This document shows, piece after piece, positions 62,820 to 64,000 of a stretch of DNA of 64,000 nt. Each line of letters opens with the position of its first letter. Positions within the stretch are counted from its first letter, which is position 1. Source of the DNA: Octopus sinensis. Taxonomy: Eukaryota. The position numbers were made by a program, and so were the translations under genes. The DNA lies in contig NC_042999.1 of assembly GCF_006345805.1 (NCBI RefSeq), positions 95,356,001-95,420,000 on the forward strand, written 5' to 3'. Under the pieces are notes generated by a model. The model was given only the letters and a program-made list of their open reading frames with translations. It searched no databases and was not told the origin of the DNA.

Positions 62820-63354
62820 CATGCTTGCACACAATGAGCTTTTGTACACTTTCCAGCTATCAAATTTTATGCATACAGAATTGGTTGGCCTGAGGCTATA
62901 GTAGAAGATACTTTCCAAGATGTCACTCTGTGACATCTTAGAGCTAACCCTCAAAGGTATCTCACATCAGTTCTTCTACATGCATTAACTCTTGAGTCAT
63001 TACTGCGGAAATATAGTGGTGCTTAGCATATGTGGACAATGTTACTATAATAATATTGGGCACCACAGAGGTTCAGGTGTTTAACAGTGTTCTGGAGGAA
63101 TACAAGCTTGGGTAAGTCACTAGATAGGCAAGACCGTGTCTGTAGCCAGTGGGAAGAACTTGAAACCATGTAACTGTGAAGTATAACTCTTCATTACACA
63201 ACCATATCTGTGCCCATTATATTTGTAAAATAAAATTATTCTCTCCCAAGGTTTCATCTATTCTTATACACACCATTTATTGCTTTAATAAATATCTCTG
63301 TTGTGACTATATAATATTTGTAGTTTCTTACCAATTGTCCATAAAATGATATTA

Positions 63355-63407
63355 TTTGTGTTTCTTTTACTTTTAGGTAAGTCTTCTTGAATATGAGGCA
63401 GGTAAGT
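63355..63407 (+). other. Candidate recursive splice site / 25-nt microexon
   Basis: Polypyrimidine tract, TAG|GTAAGT (63376|63377), then CAG|GTAAGT (63401|63402). Confidence 0.45.
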
Positions 63408-64000
63408 GCTTGATATTGTATCAAACTAAAGTAACAGTATATATGTACATTTTGCAAAATTTATTTGACATAAGTTGACCTTTTATTCTGTGTAAAGAAA
63501 TATTTTAGAAGTGTTTAGTTTGAGGTTTGCAGTGCAATTTATGGTTAAAATGATATGGGATGTAAATGACAGTGATTTAAGAAAGTTTTGCAGTGACAAA
63601 ATTAACAAGTGTAAATGTATAGAAAGCTATATTGTAATGGCAACAAAGAGAGTGAAAGTAGACACTGCTCAGAAGAGAAGTTGTAGTTTTGAAGTGTGGA
63701 CAAATGTCAGTGTGTTTATCAGATTTCAATTTACCATTTTGTGTATTGGGTGTACCATTCTGTATGGTTTTAGCAATGTTCTTATGCAGAGCAGGTATGC
63801 TCTTTGTAAAAGTGTTAGTTCCTTTTAAAAGTTGAAGTAATATCTATTTTGTAAAAGAAATTTAATCTAAAAATGGTCATCAGAGATTAACAATTTTATG
63901 GGACATAAACTTTTTACTCTATTGTTTATAAAGAAAGTAAATATATTATGAATGTTTCCTTGAAATTTATTCCAGTGTTTTTGTACTTTTGAACATACTC

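Overview
AT-rich, microsatellite-dense eukaryotic DNA. The repeat complement (RTE and CR1-type LINEs, tRNA-derived SINEs, Penelope-like elements, Helitrons, Tc1/mariner, hAT, Merlin) suggests a coleoid cephalopod such as Octopus; this is an inference. No intact host protein-coding exon was recognised. A probable + strand promoter/first exon ending in ATG|GTAAG is present twice (~7.9-8.1 kb and ~9.6-9.8 kb), so most of the window may be one very long intron filled with decayed transposons. Most notable: (i) a ~364-bp monomer repeated in tandem and then inverted (60587-61563), carrying a minimal type I hammerhead ribozyme with a compensatory U3-A8 core (retrozyme-like); (ii) a fold-back element combining a tRNA-like head with hammerhead motifs in both arms (34739-35145); (iii) Helitrons carrying 23-aa STPR-like repeats, a captured L1/Tx1-ORF1-like module and a two-way palindromic terminator; (iv) a candidate recursive-splicing site (63376|63377). 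All alignments and translations were done by eye, and the boundaries of old elements are approximate.
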